DNA from: a virus
Taxonomy: Duplodnaviria > Heunggongvirae > Uroviricota > Caudoviricetes
Length of the DNA: 15,214 bases
Reading direction: 5' to 3' (one strand)
Virus record (IMG/VR): IMGVR_UViG_3300001688_000696
A program made the translations under genes and the position numbers. The number at the start of each line of letters is the position of its first letter. Position 1 is the stretch's first letter. Positions 12,328 through 15,214 of the stretch are shown here, one piece after another. The notes under the pieces are model-generated. The model searched no databases. It was not told the DNA's origin and was given only the letters and a program-made list of their open reading frames with translations.

Positions 12328-14451
12328 ATGAATTACGCTAACAATAATGAGATTAACGCCGTACTGCTGGAACGCAAGTGCAAGCTGATTGTTTTTGCTG
12401 AAAACCAGAGCGCGGACAACGCGCGCTACGTCATTGCCCTGATGCGAAACATCGAGAGCCTCGGTTTCACGTTTTCGCAATCTCTGTTCGACGCACTGCG
12501 CTACCAGCCAGTGCGTGAAATAACGTCATATTACGAATTCATTCTCCCCATCTTAAGGCGGATGGTGGGCGCTAATGTCGCTCACAAACCGTTTTATCTG
12601 AATTTTCCACGCCAGGTCGCTAAAATGAGCGACTTAGAGTGGATTCTTAACGCCCTGTTCCACTATTGGACGCTGGGCGAATGGAAGCCCGATTACGTCA
12701 AGGAATCCCGTTTTCCATTAATGGACGGGAAGCCGCAGGTGCGGGTGATTGACCTCGGCACGGTCGAGGAGTTTAACGCCCTGTTCGCCAACATGATGGC
12801 AGCCAGCGGTTCGCTGTCGGAAAACGACCGCAAATTGCTGGTCTGGTACATCAAAAATTCCAACCCAGATACGCTGGCGGCTTACCTGCCGGCCTCGATT
12901 CCTTCAAAGGAAACACTGGCGGTGGTCGCCGCCACGATTCTGGCGAATCACAAGTCGCACGCCGACTTGTTGAAGAGGTATTTTAAGACGGCGACGGACG
13001 TTCTCCGTTTGGTCGTCTCGATGTCGGGCGGCGATATTTCACTGGCGGAAAATACTCACTTCCGCAACTTCACCCGCGCCGAGCGCCGCTTCCTGTTGGG
13101 TCTGCTGGAAACCGACACGCATCTTGCGGAAAACATGGCGATGCACGCGGGTCTCTGGATTCGCCTGGGCGAAAAGCTGCATCCGGGCGAATATGCCAAT
13201 ATGTACCCTCGTGCATATGAGGCTTTCAGCAAGATTCGCAACGGCAAGGTACAGACCTTCAACAGCCGGGTGACTGCCGCTTGGGAAAGCGGCGACGTGG
13301 AAGGCACGCTGAACCTGTTGAAGGGGCGCGGCGGCGAGCTGGTACGCAGACTGGATTCCATGCTGCGTTCAGCGCCGGGCTATCATGCGGAAATCCTGTC
13401 CGCATTCGAGACGGTTTCCGACAGCGTGGCTACGCCGGTTCTGCTTCAAACGTTGGCGCACTTCGAACATCGCAACGAAGAACGCCAGTATCGCGCCTTC
13501 TTCCCGAAGGGGAATCTGGCGAAGGCCTACGTGGTTGAAAACAACCTGCCGCCGATGCGGGACGACATTCGGCTTGCGGCTGTTTCGGCACTCCGCAGGA
13601 CGCTGCTGCGCCGGTTTGCTGGCAAGCCTGCTCTGGGGAAGGTGTACATCGCCCCGGAACTGGCTGGCGTTCTGGTGCCGCTGGCACAGCGTTCTGCAAG
13701 CAATGCGCTGAAGTCCTTTGCTCGCGGCAGCCGCTTCGCTATCGGCGAAGCGGCAAAGGTCGTGCGTGCCTTCATCCACTGGCGCAATCCAGACCCAGAC
13801 AAACTGACCGATGTTGACCTGTCGGTCATGCTATACGACGAGAACTGGCAGTTCCGCGAACAGGTGTCGTATACGAACATCCGTTCACGCGAGTATCCGG
13901 TGTATCACAGCGGCGATGTTCGAAACGCGCCGGAAGGTGCAAGCGAATTCATTGACCTGGATGTAGACGCTCTACGGGAAGCAGGAGTGCGCTATGCAAT
14001 TTTCTCCGTGCATTCCTATTCCGAGCAGCCATTCAATGTAATCCCGGAATGCTTTTTCGGCTGGATGGAGCGGGAATTCCCGCAGTCTGGCGAGATTTAC
14101 GAACCGAACACGGTCGTAAACAAGTCTGACCTGACAGCTAATACGCGCATCGCTGTTCCTGTCGTCCTTGACCTCTTTGAACGCCAGTGTATCTGGACAG
14201 ACCTGGCTTTGAAGAAATGGCCGGGGTGGTACAACAACATCCATGCCAATGGCGAAAATCTACTACGGATGGCGGTTGGTATCATGGATACGCCGCGTCC
14301 AAACCTATACGACCTGTTTTTGCTGCACGTGGAAGCACGTGGAGGCGAACTCGTTGAAAACCGGGAAAATGCCGAGCTGGCCATCGCTTTGGATGGCGAG
14401 GCTGACATCACCCCGTTCGATACAGAGGTCATTCTGTTGGAATATCTGTAA
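12328..14451 (+). CDS. TerD-family protein with a long helical (TROVE/Ro-like) N-terminal region, 707 aa
   Basis: C-terminal DVDLSVMLYD...VSY...YHSGDVRNAPEGASEFIDLD is TerD-like. The N-terminal KTATDVLRL, RAERRFLL, WIRLGEKLHPGEY and GELVRRLDSML motifs match, from memory, the SCO0854/MXAN_6230-related family, here without the RING finger. AAGGGG RBS. The TROVE relationship is tentative. Confidence 0.7.
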   Translation: MNYANNNEINAVLLERKCKLIVFAENQSADNARYVIALMRNIESLGFTFSQSLFDALRYQPVREITSYYEFILPILRRMVGANVAHKPFYLNFPRQVAKMSDLEWILNALFHYWTLGEWKPDYVKESRFPLMDGKPQVRVIDLGTVEEFNALFANMMAASGSLSENDRKLLVWYIKNSNPDTLAAYLPASIPSKETLAVVAATILANHKSHADLLKRYFKTATDVLRLVVSMSGGDISLAENTHFRNFTRAERRFLLGLLETDTHLAENMAMHAGLWIRLGEKLHPGEYANMYPRAYEAFSKIRNGKVQTFNSRVTAAWESGDVEGTLNLLKGRGGELVRRLDSMLRSAPGYHAEILSAFETVSDSVATPVLLQTLAHFEHRNEERQYRAFFPKGNLAKAYVVENNLPPMRDDIRLAAVSALRRTLLRRFAGKPALGKVYIAPELAGVLVPLAQRSASNALKSFARGSRFAIGEAAKVVRAFIHWRNPDPDKLTDVDLSVMLYDENWQFREQVSYTNIRSREYPVYHSGDVRNAPEGASEFIDLDVDALREAGVRYAIFSVHSYSEQPFNVIPECFFGWMEREFPQSGEIYEPNTVVNKSDLTANTRIAVPVVLDLFERQCIWTDLALKKWPGWYNNIHANGENLLRMAVGIMDTPRPNLYDLFLLHVEARGGELVENRENAELAIALDGEADITPFDTEVILLEYL

Positions 14452-14470
14452 CTGGTATCCTCTTTTTTGG

Positions 14471-14504
14471 AAAAACGGCGGATTATTTCCGCCGTTTTTC
14501 TTTT
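14471..14504 (+). terminator. Intrinsic terminator
   Basis: AAAAACGGCGGA/TCCGCCGTTTTT plus CTTTT. Confidence 0.85.
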
Positions 14505-14531
14505 AATCTACCTATGATTCCGCCCCAAAAT

Positions 14532-14560
14532 AAAAAAGCACCTCAACTGAGGTGCTTTTT
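14532..14560 (-). terminator. Intrinsic terminator
   Basis: AAAAAGCACCTCA/TGAGGTGCTTTTT next to the stop at 14579. Confidence 0.8.
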
Positions 14561-14578
14561 GTGTGCAATAAAGATGGT

Positions 14579-15214
14579 CTAATCCAACTCTTTGATGAGT
14601 TCGGAGAAACGCCGCTGAATAGCGTAAAGCCAGCCGAGTTTGCCTTCCGGGTAGTCATAGCCACCCATCAAAAATTCCGAATCGTAATACGCCGTCCAAT
14701 ACGGGGCATTTGGGCTGTTTTTATATGCGGGAATTGCATCGTACAGGCGTTCTGGGCTGCCGAAATGGTCTTCATCGTACAGCAGCATTTTTAGGGCATC
14801 GATGAGGTTGCCTTCAATTGCTTCACTTCCAATCTTCCACAGCTTGCGCTGGAAGCGGTCAGGAAGCTGGTCTTTCTGCCAATCATCATCGTCGTATTCG
14901 CCCTTTAGCTGGTCAATTTCTGCTTCCAGCTCGCATTCGGCGGTACGGATGTATTCTCGTACCATATTCATTGCAGCCTTCGTCACCCATTCCTTTTTTA
15001 GGAATTTCGATGCCAGATAATAGGGGGCGAGATTCCCTGAGAACCATTCCATATCATAGCCCACTACAACGAGACCGTTAGAAACCGGGCACAGGTCGCC
15101 AGTGATAATGATTTCGTACGGGGTGAAATACAACCGGCAGCTCATCAGCGTGCTGTCGGAGTATTTGCGAAGCCAAAACGCCTTGAAAAAGTCATCCTTT
15201 TGGATGACTTCCAA
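14579..15214 (-). CDS. Hypothetical protein (5' end outside the window)
   Basis: Frame open to the window edge, 211 codons, ends at a terminator; function not recognised. Confidence 0.75.
   Translation of the reverse strand: MEVIQKDDFFKAFWLRKYSDSTLMSCRLYFTPYEIIITGDLCPVSNGLVVVGYDMEWFSGNLAPYYLASKFLKKEWVTKAAMNMVREYIRTAECELEAEIDQLKGEYDDDDWQKDQLPDRFQRKLWKIGSEAIEGNLIDALKMLLYDEDHFGSPERLYDAIPAYKNSPNAPYWTAYYDSEFLMGGYDYPEGKLGWLYAIQRRFSELIKELD

Overview
The window looks like an accessory region of a large phage or a phage-like/plasmid-like element; this is inferred from short stand-alone hypothetical genes on both strands, each with its own near-consensus sigma70 promoter and intrinsic terminator. No capsid, replication or integrase gene is present to settle the element type. 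Recognisable proteins: an orphan DPPY-type DNA methyltransferase, a solo HicB-like antitoxin, a classical SDR oxidoreductase, an archaeal-type ATPase (ATPase_2/wHTH/DUF234 with a nuclease-like C-terminus) and a 707-aa TerD-family/TROVE-like protein. The centrepiece is a 10-tRNA operon at 10218-11512: Thr CGT/GGT/TGT, Lys TTT/CTT, Met, probable Ile2, Arg TCT/TCG/CCT. It is preceded by a promoter, a 30-aa leader ORF and a terminator/antiterminator switch. All of the first 17 leader codons are read by tRNAs of the array, including the lone non-ANN exception (CGA, read by Arg-TCG). This points to a ribosome-mediated attenuator that senses shortage of the tRNAs it controls. Downstream, two tandem structured RNA units with compensatory base changes precede the TerD/TROVE-like gene. 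All calls come from reading the sequence by eye; no database searches or folding programs were run.
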